Positions 16,065 through 24,325 of a DNA stretch of 32,000 nt are shown piece by piece (within the stretch, counting starts at the first letter, position 1; the number at the start of each line of letters is the position of its first letter). Location of the stretch: positions 3,090,001-3,122,000 of the forward strand of contig NC_014972.1 of assembly GCF_000186885.1 (NCBI RefSeq), written 5' to 3'. The position numbers and the translations under genes were made by a program. Source of the stretch: Desulfobulbus propionicus DSM 2032 (GTDB taxonomy: Bacteria > Desulfobacterota > Desulfobulbia > Desulfobulbales > Desulfobulbaceae). Under the pieces are notes generated by a model. The model was not told the DNA's origin. It saw only the letters and a list, made by a program, of their open reading frames with translations, and ran no database searches.

Positions 16065-19007
16065 ATGAACAGCCCCAGCCCTTTCCCCCCCGATCAATCC
16101 ATTCACTGCTTCACGGTCCAGGACATGAGCTGCGAACACTGCCAAGCCCGGGTGGAAGGGGCGGCGCGGTCTGTGGAGGGAGCGCGCGAGGCGCGGGTTG
16201 ACCTGACGGCCGGAATGTTGACCGTGCGCGGTGGCGATCCGCAAGCCATCCTCCGGGCGGTGGAGGAGGCCGGCTATCCGATCGAACAGATTGACGCCCC
16301 GCGACCTGGCTGCCCGCTGGCGGAAACGGTCTCGTCTCCCGCCGTTTCACAGCCGCCGTCCGCCGCAGACCGCTATCTGCTGCGGGTGGACGACATGCAC
16401 TGCGCCAGCTGCGTGGCCCGGGTGGAACAGGCCATCCTTGCCGTGGCGGGAGTGCGCGAGGCGGCGGTCAACCTGGTGGACAGGAGCGCCAGCGTGGTCG
16501 GCGGCGACCCGATCAAGGTGGTCGAAGCGGTGAACCAGGCGGGATACGGGACCTCGCTGCTTGAGGAGCAGGGACACACCTCTGCCGGGGATCGGTACGA
16601 GATCGACATCCTCGGCATGCACTGCGCCAGCTGCGTGGCGCGGGTGGAACAGGCCATCCTTGCCCTCCCCGGCGTTACCGGGGCCGTGGTCAACCTGATC
16701 GAAAAAAAGGCCCAGGTGCAAGGCGGCGACCCGGAACAGGTGGTGCGGGCCATTGTCGATCAAGGCTATGGAGCCTCGCTGCGGCACCAAACAACCGCCG
16801 ACACCTTTTTCCTGACCCTGCAGCCGCAGCCGGATGCCGACGAATTGGCACAGGTTCGCGAGATTCTGCTCGCCCTGGATCCTGCCACGGAGATGAGCGT
16901 GGACAACGGGCGACTGCGCGTCTCCACCTCTCAGCACCCGGCGGATGTGCTGCTGCGGCTGACCGATATCGGCTATCAGGTGACCCTGGAGGAATCCTTC
17001 ACCGACCCGGCCATCAGCCAGGCCGAGGAGACCTGGCAGGAAATCAGGCGCTCCTGGCGGCGGGCCCTGCTCGCCGGCCTGATGGGGTTCGGCCTCATGG
17101 CCGGCCACATGAGCGGACTGTTTCCCCATCTTCACGAAGGCCGGCTGTTCTGGGCCGGGGCCGCCCTGCTCTGTTTGTGCACCATGCTCTACAGCGGCCG
17201 CAACTACTTTATTGGCGCCTGGAAGCAGGCCCGCCACGGCGCGGCCAACATGGATACCCTGGTGGCCCTGGGCACCGGCGCGGCATGGCTGTCGTCAGTG
17301 CTGGTCATCGCTGATCCGCACTTCATCCCCGGCGCGGCCGATTATCTCTACCTCGATGCCGCGGTGATGATCCTCGCCTTTCTCCAGCTGGGCCATGTCC
17401 TTGAAACCAAGGCCAAACGGACCACCAGCGAGGCCATCGGCGCCCTGGTGGGCTTAAGGGCGCGCACCGCCTGGGTAATCCGCGCCAGCGGCCAGGTCGA
17501 GATCCCGGTGTCGCTGTTGCGCCTGGGCGACCGGGTGCGGGTCAAACCCGGCGAGAAGGTGCCCATTGACGGCGAAATCGTCGAGGGCCGAACCACCATC
17601 GACGAATCGATGCTCACCGGCGAGCCGCTGGCCGTGGCCCGCGAGATCGGCGATCCGGTCACCGGCGGCACCATCAACCGCTCCGGCGCCTTTATCCTCC
17701 GGGTCACCCGCTTGGGCGACGATACCACCCTGGCGCGGATCATCCGCATGGTGCACACGGCGCAGATGAGCAAGCCGCCCATCGGCCGGCTGGTCGACCG
17801 CATTGCCGGGGTCTTTGTGCCGGTGGTGATCACCATCAGCCTGGTCAGCTTTTTCGCCTGGTGGAGTTTTGCCCAGGAGTTGGCGCTTGCCCATGGATTG
17901 ACCGCGGCCATCGCGGTGCTGGTCATCGCCTGTCCCTGCGCCCTTGGCTTGGCGACGCCGATCGCCATCATGGTCGGCACCAGCCGGGCGGCCCAATGCA
18001 ACGTCCTCATCCGCAACAGCGACGCCCTGCAGACCGCCTCGACCCTGACCCATGTGGTGGTCGACAAGACCGGCACCCTGACCCAAGGCAAACCGGCGGT
18101 GACCGCCATTATGCCGGTGGCCGGCATGCGCCAGGACGAGGTGCTGCTGTGGGCGGCCAGCCTGGAGAGCGGCTCCGAGCATCCGCTGGCCGAGGCGGTG
18201 CTGAGCGCGCAACTGGAGCGCGGCGAACCGCTGCGCACCCTGGACAACTTCACCGCCATCCCCGGCCGGGGAGTGCAGGCGGAGCATGCCGGCGTCCGAT
18301 ATCTGCTGGGCAACCACCTGTTCCTCGACGAACAGGGGTTGGCCCTGCCTGCCGGGCTCCGGACCGAGGCCGAACACCAGGCGGCCCGGGGCGGCACCCC
18401 GGTCTGGCTGGCCCGTGGCACGGAGGTGATGGGCCTGTTGATCCTCAAGGATCCGGTGCGCCCGGATTCGGCGGCGGCGGTTGCCGCCCTCCAGCGGCAG
18501 GGCATCACGGTGGTGATGTGCAGCGGCGACAACCGGGCGACCGCCGAGGCCGTGGCCCGCGAAGTGGGGATTACCGAGGTGCACAGCGAAATTTTGCCGG
18601 AGCAGAAACTGGAGGTCATCCAGGCCCTGCAGCAGCAGGGGTGCAAGGTTGGCATGGTCGGCGACGGGGTCAACGATGCCCCGGCCCTGGCCCAGGCCGA
18701 TACCGGTTTTGCCCTGGGGAGCGGCACCGACGTGGCCATCGAGAACGCCGACATCACCCTCACCGGCGACTCGCTCCTGCTGGTGGCCGACGCCATCGCC
18801 ATCTCCACCGCCACCATCCGCAACATCCGGCAGAACCTGTTCGGCGCCTTCATCTACAACGTCATCGGCATTCCTTTGGCGGCCGGCCTGTTCTATCCAC
18901 TCACCGGCTGGCAACTCGAGCCGATGTTCGCCAGCGCCGCCATGGCCCTGTCCTCGGTGACCGTGGTCACCAATGCCAACCGGCTGCGTTTTTTTCGACC
19001 GCGATGA
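16065..19007 (+). CDS. copA: Copper-translocating P1B-type ATPase with three N-terminal HMA (CxxC) domains
   Basis: 980 aa. MSCEHCQARVE, then MHCASCVARVE twice. Also CPC (ACPCALGLATP), DKTGTLT, GDGVNDAP and TGEP. Confidence 0.93.
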   Translation: MNSPSPFPPDQSIHCFTVQDMSCEHCQARVEGAARSVEGAREARVDLTAGMLTVRGGDPQAILRAVEEAGYPIEQIDAPRPGCPLAETVSSPAVSQPPSAADRYLLRVDDMHCASCVARVEQAILAVAGVREAAVNLVDRSASVVGGDPIKVVEAVNQAGYGTSLLEEQGHTSAGDRYEIDILGMHCASCVARVEQAILALPGVTGAVVNLIEKKAQVQGGDPEQVVRAIVDQGYGASLRHQTTADTFFLTLQPQPDADELAQVREILLALDPATEMSVDNGRLRVSTSQHPADVLLRLTDIGYQVTLEESFTDPAISQAEETWQEIRRSWRRALLAGLMGFGLMAGHMSGLFPHLHEGRLFWAGAALLCLCTMLYSGRNYFIGAWKQARHGAANMDTLVALGTGAAWLSSVLVIADPHFIPGAADYLYLDAAVMILAFLQLGHVLETKAKRTTSEAIGALVGLRARTAWVIRASGQVEIPVSLLRLGDRVRVKPGEKVPIDGEIVEGRTTIDESMLTGEPLAVAREIGDPVTGGTINRSGAFILRVTRLGDDTTLARIIRMVHTAQMSKPPIGRLVDRIAGVFVPVVITISLVSFFAWWSFAQELALAHGLTAAIAVLVIACPCALGLATPIAIMVGTSRAAQCNVLIRNSDALQTASTLTHVVVDKTGTLTQGKPAVTAIMPVAGMRQDEVLLWAASLESGSEHPLAEAVLSAQLERGEPLRTLDNFTAIPGRGVQAEHAGVRYLLGNHLFLDEQGLALPAGLRTEAEHQAARGGTPVWLARGTEVMGLLILKDPVRPDSAAAVAALQRQGITVVMCSGDNRATAEAVAREVGITEVHSEILPEQKLEVIQALQQQGCKVGMVGDGVNDAPALAQADTGFALGSGTDVAIENADITLTGDSLLLVADAIAISTATIRNIRQNLFGAFIYNVIGIPLAAGLFYPLTGWQLEPMFASAAMALSSVTVVTNANRLRFFRPR
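16395..16664 (+). repeat. 48-bp near-identical (47/48) direct repeat inside copA, covering the CxxC loop of HMA domains 2 and 3
   Basis: 16395-16442 and 16617-16664 (ATGCACTGCGCCAGCTGCGTGGC[C/G]CGGGTGGAACAGGCCATCCTTGCC). The flanking codons of the two domains are much more diverged. Confidence 0.9.
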
Positions 19008-19171
19008 GCCTGCGGCTCGCGGGAGCGGGGCAATCGAGCGGGCTTTATCGATACAAATTATCAAGTGAGATTCAAATCTACTTGCGAATCCATCCCGAGC
19101 GCGGTAAGTGATGCCTCCCGTCCAGCGCCCCTTCGGCCTGGCGATCCCAATCAAAGACGAGCAACACGCCC

Positions 19172-20026
19172 ATGGACACCCTTTTTTCCCGGATCACCTA
19201 CATCTTCGACCCGCTGCACGCCTTTTACGAGCACGAGAGGGTCTACCGCAAGATCTCCATCTCCCTGGTTTTTCTCTTTCTCTGCAGCCTGGGACTCATC
19301 GAGCTGAACCGGCAGGGTTTGCTGCCTGCGGAGCTCGCCGCCCTCCTGCCGCGCAACCATTTCTACGCGGTCCATGCCGCCTTCACCGTCATCCTGGTGC
19401 TTGAGGTCATCAGTCTGATCTTTGTCCTGCCCTGCTCGTTTTCCCGCTCGCTGGGCAAGCAGTTCGAGATCCTGTCCCTGATCCTGATCCGCAACGCTTT
19501 CAAGGAATTGTCCTATTTCGCCGAACCGCTCAGCTACGAGGGCAACATCGAAAAGATCCTGCATATCCTGGCCAGCGGCTTTGGCGCATTGCTGATTTTC
19601 GCCCTGTTGGGCGTGTACTACAAGATCCAGAAACGAAGCGGCGAGGACGGCCGGTCCATTGATCTGTACGGCTTTGTCGCCTCGAAAAAGGCGATCTCCC
19701 TGCTGCTGCTGGTGTCCTTCGTCTGCATGGGCGGCTACTCGATTTATCAAACCCTGCAGGGCATCGAACACCCGGATTTTCTCCACGGCTTCTACACCCA
19801 GCTCATCCTCACCGACATTCTCATTGTCCTGGTGTCGCAGTGCTTCCACCCCTCGGCCAAGATGATCTTCCGTAATTCCGGCTATGCCTTGTCGACCCTG
19901 ATGATCCGTCTGGCCCTGGTGGCGCCGGTTTACTACAACGTGCTGCTCGGCGCCGCCGCCATGCTCTTTGCCATCCTCCTCACCCTGGTCAGTCAGCACC
20001 TGTTCCAACAGCAGCGGAAACTCTAA
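19172..20026 (+). CDS. Hypothetical polytopic membrane protein (about 6-8 predicted TM helices), family not recognised
   Basis: 284-aa ORF with repeated long hydrophobic stretches and coding-like composition. Weak RBS. No motif I can assign. Confidence 0.6.
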   Translation: MDTLFSRITYIFDPLHAFYEHERVYRKISISLVFLFLCSLGLIELNRQGLLPAELAALLPRNHFYAVHAAFTVILVLEVISLIFVLPCSFSRSLGKQFEILSLILIRNAFKELSYFAEPLSYEGNIEKILHILASGFGALLIFALLGVYYKIQKRSGEDGRSIDLYGFVASKKAISLLLLVSFVCMGGYSIYQTLQGIEHPDFLHGFYTQLILTDILIVLVSQCFHPSAKMIFRNSGYALSTLMIRLALVAPVYYNVLLGAAAMLFAILLTLVSQHLFQQQRKL

Positions 20027-20058
20027 AAAAAACGGGAGGCAGATGTCTGCCTCCCGTT
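20025..20058 (-). terminator. Strong hairpin between convergent genes; reads as a rho-independent terminator on the minus strand (fprA side)
   Basis: Perfect 12-bp stem AACGGGAGGCAG / CTGCCTCCCGTT with a 4-nt loop. A8 precedes it on the plus strand, which gives T8 after the stem on the minus strand. Confidence 0.6.
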
Positions 20059-20194
20059 GTCATCCCCGCCTCAACGCGGCGCGCGTTTTTTCCAATGCGC
20101 TTTCAAGGTGTCATGTATCCGTGGGGTGGACACGCGTTTTTGGTGTAAGCCCACCTCTACAAGAAAAAAGGCGCCTCTTGCAGGCCCAGGCGGA

Positions 20195-21421
20195 TTACTT
20201 GGTGAACTCGATCACCGCGTCGCAGTACTCTTCCACCGCCTTCTGGATGGCGGCCTTGTCGGCGTCGGTGGGGGCGCCCTGCCACTCGTAGTGGCCCAGC
20301 TTGTCCCAGCCGGACTTTTCGGTCTTGGCCTCGAAATCCTTCTGCGCGCCGCCGACCCACCCGAACGAGCCGAAACGGAACACCTTCTTGTTGGTCACCT
20401 TCTTGACCTGCAGCTCCTCGATCACATGGGCCATGGGCGGGAACATCTTGTACTCGTAGGTGGGCATGCCGAAGATCAGGCCGGCGGATTTCCAGGCACT
20501 GGCCAGGATGTAGCCAATCTCGTCGCCCGGCACCTGGAACACATGCACCGGGATGTTCCGTTTACGCAGGGTCTCGATCACCAGCCCCAGCACCTGCTTG
20601 GTGTTGCCGTACATGGAACTCCACACCACGGTCACCTCGCGCTCGGCCGGCCCTTTGCTGTACTCGGCATAACGTTTGTAGAGATCGATGATCACCGCCG
20701 GATTGTCGCGCCAGATGATGCCGTGCGAAGGGCAGATCACCTTGACGTTCAGACCGCCCAGCTTTTCCAGCCCCTTGAGCACAAAGGGCGAGAAGGTGGC
20801 AACGATGTTGGCGTAGTAACGCAGGGCCTCTTCCTCGAAGAACTTGTGTTTTTCCGAGGAGATCTGATCGTCGAAAATCGCGTTCTCGTCAATGCTGCCG
20901 TAGGAGCCGAAGGCGTCGCAGGAAAAGAGAATCCCCCGCTTGCGCTCGTAGGTCATCATGGTCTCGGGCCAATGGATGTTGGGGGTATCGAAGAACTGCA
21001 GCTCGTAATCGCCCACCGTCAGCACCATGCCGTCGGCGATGGCGATGGCCCGCTCGGCCGGCACCTCGGCAAAGGCCTGGAGCAGCGGAATGGCTTTCTT
21101 GGTGCAGTAGATGACCGCCTTGCTGTTTTGCTTGCAGAACTCGCGCAGCCAGCCCGAATGGTCCGGCTCCATGTGGTTGACGATGAGGATGTCGATATCC
21201 TCGACGCCCAAAGTCGCGCCGCCCAGCTGCTGGGTGATTTCCTGGGGGAAGTTGAAGATATCCTGGGTGAGGTCGATCATGACGTTCTTTTCCGCCTTGA
21301 TCAGGTAGCCGTTGATGGAAATGCCGTGGGGAATCGGCCAGATGCCCTCGAACAGATAGTTTTTGTCCTCGATGTTGACGGAAAGACGATAGATGTCGTC
21401 GACCACTTTCTTGATATGCAT
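20195..21421 (-). CDS. FprA-family flavodiiron protein (metallo-beta-lactamase-like domain plus flavodoxin domain; O2/NO reductase)
   Basis: 408 aa. Di-iron motif VNHMEPDHSG (HxExDH). Flavodoxin motif VVWSSMYGNTKQ. GGAG RBS. Confidence 0.9.
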   Translation of the reverse strand: MHIKKVVDDIYRLSVNIEDKNYLFEGIWPIPHGISINGYLIKAEKNVMIDLTQDIFNFPQEITQQLGGATLGVEDIDILIVNHMEPDHSGWLREFCKQNSKAVIYCTKKAIPLLQAFAEVPAERAIAIADGMVLTVGDYELQFFDTPNIHWPETMMTYERKRGILFSCDAFGSYGSIDENAIFDDQISSEKHKFFEEEALRYYANIVATFSPFVLKGLEKLGGLNVKVICPSHGIIWRDNPAVIIDLYKRYAEYSKGPAEREVTVVWSSMYGNTKQVLGLVIETLRKRNIPVHVFQVPGDEIGYILASAWKSAGLIFGMPTYEYKMFPPMAHVIEELQVKKVTNKKVFRFGSFGWVGGAQKDFEAKTEKSGWDKLGHYEWQGAPTDADKAAIQKAVEEYCDAVIEFTK

Positions 21422-21582
21422 TGTTCAGTACTCCGATCGCAAACGTTGGCTGAGGTTCATTCTTCAGGGCGAAGCTTATCGAGGCTCGCCGGAAAGCTTC
21501 GTACCATACGCCGGTTAGGGGAAAATTTCCAGACGCAAAATGGGGCGATGAGCCAAGCGGAAACGCGGCCCGCACGCTGGGG

Positions 21583-21840
21583 TCACGATGGCGGAAACCC
21601 GGAATCGGAGTCCCGAAGGAAGGCGAAACGGGGCTGAAGTTGTCCGTTCACCTCGACCTGTTCATGGAACATGGTTAGGGGACGAACCCACAACCCCGAT
21701 TCGTTGTACAGGGGGCGATAGACAACCAGCGGCTCAAGGGTTTCGCTGTGGCGGGCCACACCCAGCACCTCGTATTCCCCGCCCTTGTAATGACGGTAAC
21801 GCCCCAGGGCTATGGCGGGCAGCGGTGGCAGGTCACTCAT
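21583..21840 (-). CDS. DUF1653-family small protein
   Basis: GRYRHYKGGEYEVLGVARHSETLEPLVVYRPLY is the characteristic DUF1653 core. An alternative start at 21903 would overlap the upstream stop codon as ATGA. Confidence 0.7.
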   Translation of the reverse strand: MSDLPPLPAIALGRYRHYKGGEYEVLGVARHSETLEPLVVYRPLYNESGLWVRPLTMFHEQVEVNGQLQPRFAFLRDSDSGFPPS

Positions 21841-21899
21841 GGAGGAACGCTCCGTTGGTTGTTGCGTTGACGCTTCCGAGTGGATGGCCGGCGGTCGCA

Positions 21900-22304
21900 T
21901 CATTCCCAGCCGATGACATCGTACCCTCGTTCCTGCAGGCAGCGGGTCATGAAGTTTTTGAACACAGGGGTCGGCTGCGAGGCCTGAATGATGCCGTGCA
22001 CCAGCCCCGCGGCCGCGCCGGTGGCGGCACCGATACCGATTCCCCGCCCGAGGTTGCCGGTCACCGCGCCCGCCGCACCACCGACCACGGCACCCCCCGC
22101 GCCGCCAACCGCCGTGCTTTTGGCTGCCGCGAGTCCCTCCGGGGATTTAACGTAGCGATCGGCCAGCTCCTCGCATTCCGCCACATCCTGCTGAGCCCGA
22201 GCTTCCCCGACCGACTGGAGATGGGCGTTGGGGTACAACACCGGGCCCTTGGCACTGCAACCCGTGAGCACGGCAACCGCGACTATCAGCATCAGCTTGT
22301 TCAT
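21900..22304 (-). CDS. Lipoprotein with a glycine-zipper domain
   Basis: Signal peptide with lipobox (AVLTGC). Gly/Ala-zipper VGGAGGAVVGGAAGAVTGNLGRGIGIGAATGAAAG. GAGGAGG RBS. Confidence 0.75.
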   Translation of the reverse strand: MNKLMLIVAVAVLTGCSAKGPVLYPNAHLQSVGEARAQQDVAECEELADRYVKSPEGLAAAKSTAVGGAGGAVVGGAAGAVTGNLGRGIGIGAATGAAAGLVHGIIQASQPTPVFKNFMTRCLQERGYDVIGWE

Positions 22305-22837
22305 CTCTCCGACCTCCTCATGGTGTTTTCGCTTGTCTGTTCATCATCCCGCAAGACAGATCCCCGAAACCAGGGCCTGACAGCGGGAAACGCAATCACG
22401 CACTTAGGCTTTATTGTATTCGGTGTGGCTGAACGAACAAGAAGAAGGATTCATCCTCAGCGTAAATTTCATGGGAATGCGGCATAAGGATATATGTCAT
22501 GTCCTCGAAATTTCGCCATTCGTCACTTAAAAAGCTTAACAATTTCCCCGACAGAACAATTCCACATTACCGGAATTAATCAAAAATCTTCAATGGCGGC
22601 AAGATTAACACTCAATTTTAAATAAATACATCAAGTGCACCTCAATAATTCTCACCAATTATTCCTAAAAATCGGAATAATTGTTTCTTTGCAGATTCAA
22701 CCACAAGAAACACACAACTTGAATTCAATCTGTACATTCAATAAGTTGAAAATTTACCAATTCGCAATAAAAAAACGGAACGCCTGTTGCAGGCGATTAC
22801 TTGATTGTTTTTTATCAATATTTTCCAGGAGGATATA

Positions 22838-23440
22838 ATGAAAAAAGTATTTTTGGCAATGGCATGCGCAACCATGGTAAGCTGGGCGGGGTCCGCCTCC
22901 GCTGATGATTATGATTTTTCAGGGACCATGATGTACCACAACAGCGTGCTAACGTATTCGTTTACCACAGATACCGATACCACAGTAACATTGTTCAGCT
23001 CTTCATGGGATGACGGAGGATTCGACCCCATGCTGGGATTGTGGGATAGTGACGGGGATTTAATTTATTTTCAGGATGATGGCCACAACACAGGATCGAC
23101 TGTGTCGAATGGGTCTGCTTATGATCATGGGGAGTGGGATTCCTATTACGATGCCGCTGTATCAGCTGGAACATATTTTGTCACTATTACGACCTACGCA
23201 AACTTTAATATGGGACCGCATTTATCCGATGGATTTGATTATGACGATGAGACGCCCATCAATCTTGAGTCTTGGTATGAACCAGCGAATGGGTATAAGC
23301 AAGATTTCTTTGCATTTCATGTTCTGGGTGCGACTTCGGCAAACCAAGTTGACCCGGTACCAGAACCAACTACACTGCTCCTTTTTGGAACCGGTTTAGC
23401 CGGACTGACAGCTCTGAGTCGCAGGCGAGTGAATAGGTAA
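22838..23440 (+). CDS. Secreted PEP-CTERM-anchored protein (acidic, Asp/Tyr/Trp-rich domain)
   Basis: Signal peptide MKKVFLAMACATMVSWAGSASA. C-terminal sorting signal VPEPTTLLLFGTGLAGLTALSRRR. AGGAGGA RBS 5 nt upstream. The gene and its 5' flank are strikingly AT-rich compared with the rest of the window. Confidence 0.85.
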   Translation: MKKVFLAMACATMVSWAGSASADDYDFSGTMMYHNSVLTYSFTTDTDTTVTLFSSSWDDGGFDPMLGLWDSDGDLIYFQDDGHNTGSTVSNGSAYDHGEWDSYYDAAVSAGTYFVTITTYANFNMGPHLSDGFDYDDETPINLESWYEPANGYKQDFFAFHVLGATSANQVDPVPEPTTLLLFGTGLAGLTALSRRRVNR

Positions 23441-23513
23441 CAGACAATTAACAATTTGTATTTCAGGCGAGGCAAACGGAGCTACTCTTTGCTTACCTGA
23501 ACTCCTTGCAAAT

Positions 23514-23544
23514 GGTAGGGCACGCATATGATGCGTGCCCTACC
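23514..23544. repeat. Perfect 14-bp-stem palindrome GGTAGGGCACGCAT-ATG-ATGCGTGCCCTACC
   Basis: Read directly. It begins with the same GTAGGG core as the REP-like units at 10201-10272. It lies between the PEP-CTERM gene and the IS remnant and could act as a bidirectional terminator. Confidence 0.85.
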
Positions 23545-23634
23545 GTTGATTTCCCTGAGAACCTGCCAATTGCAAACTAGCCAGATAGCTAGTCGACCTT
23601 GAAAAAGTCCTTTTTTCAATTTGCCGGAGCAAGT

Positions 23635-24092
23635 GTCCAAATAGGTCTTCAATCGCTTGATCTCACGACCGGCTCTTCGCCGCTGACGGGCATGGAGATA
23701 TCGGCCGACCTTCAACAGAGCCTGGCGCCGAAGGCGGGAGTAACTCTGCCGAAGACGAATGCTCCACGTCGCTGCCAGCTTGACCAACCGCTCGCGGCTC
23801 CGGTTGTACAACCGCGAATCGGTCGGAAACGCAATGGCCTTTTCCTGCACGGTCGTATCGACGACGACCCGCTCCAAACTGGCTGGCCCCACCGCTCCGC
23901 TCGCCGAGCCTGCCTGCACAGTCAACTTCAAGATCAATTCCGATCCCTGCTCGCCTATTCGATTCCGCCAGCGACTCAACGACGGCGGATCATCGGCAAC
24001 TCATGTCGGAAGTACTCTTCGCCGCAGAAGTTTTGATGGTAGGGATCCTCCACCCACCGCCGTACTGTCTCTTCGTCCGACGTGTCTCCTCA
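23635..24092 (-). pseudogene. Degraded IS5-family transposase (N-terminal region only; frameshifted and truncated)
   Basis: One minus-strand frame gives SDEETVRRWVEDPYHQNFCGEEYFRHELP. A second frame continues DDPPSLSRWRNRIGEQGSELILKLT...ERVVVDTTVQEKAIAFPTDSRLYNRSRERLVKLA...LRQSY...LKTYL, the typical IS5/InsH N-terminal half. There is a frameshift near 23996, an in-frame stop at 24090-24092 upstream, and similarity ends near 23635 before the DDE core. No terminal inverted repeats were seen. Confidence 0.7.
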
Positions 24093-24325
24093 CCCACTTT
24101 TTTCCAGTTACCCTTTCGGCCATGCGCCGATACCATTGCATTAACTTTACCCCCCCAGAGGATGGCAAGGAAAGCCACGAGGCGTTGCGGCTCGCAAGGT
24201 ATGGCAAGAGGGACGACAGCTGTCTGACTGCATAGATGAAGAGCAGCGTCTAACGACTACCGAAACATTCGGAAGTGAACCTCGTGCCCCAAAAGGCGGA
24301 CCCTGCGGCCGATGCGGGGGAGTCA

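Noticed and set aside
17348-19154. 501-aa and 566-aa minus-strand ORFs and the 17861-19111 plus-strand alternative frame within copA
   Set aside because: These are shadow ORFs of a GC-rich gene. copA has all the P-type ATPase motifs in its own frame.
20057-21637. 526-aa plus-strand ORF opposite the flavodiiron gene
   Set aside because: It is antisense to a gene with HxExDH and flavodoxin motifs. No recognisable motifs of its own.
22781-22795. Small hairpin CGCCTG-TTG-CAGGCG, 40 bp upstream of the PEP-CTERM start, considered as an attenuator or terminator
   Set aside because: The stem is only 6 bp, there is no adjacent T-run on the plus strand, and on the minus strand there is no gene for it to terminate.
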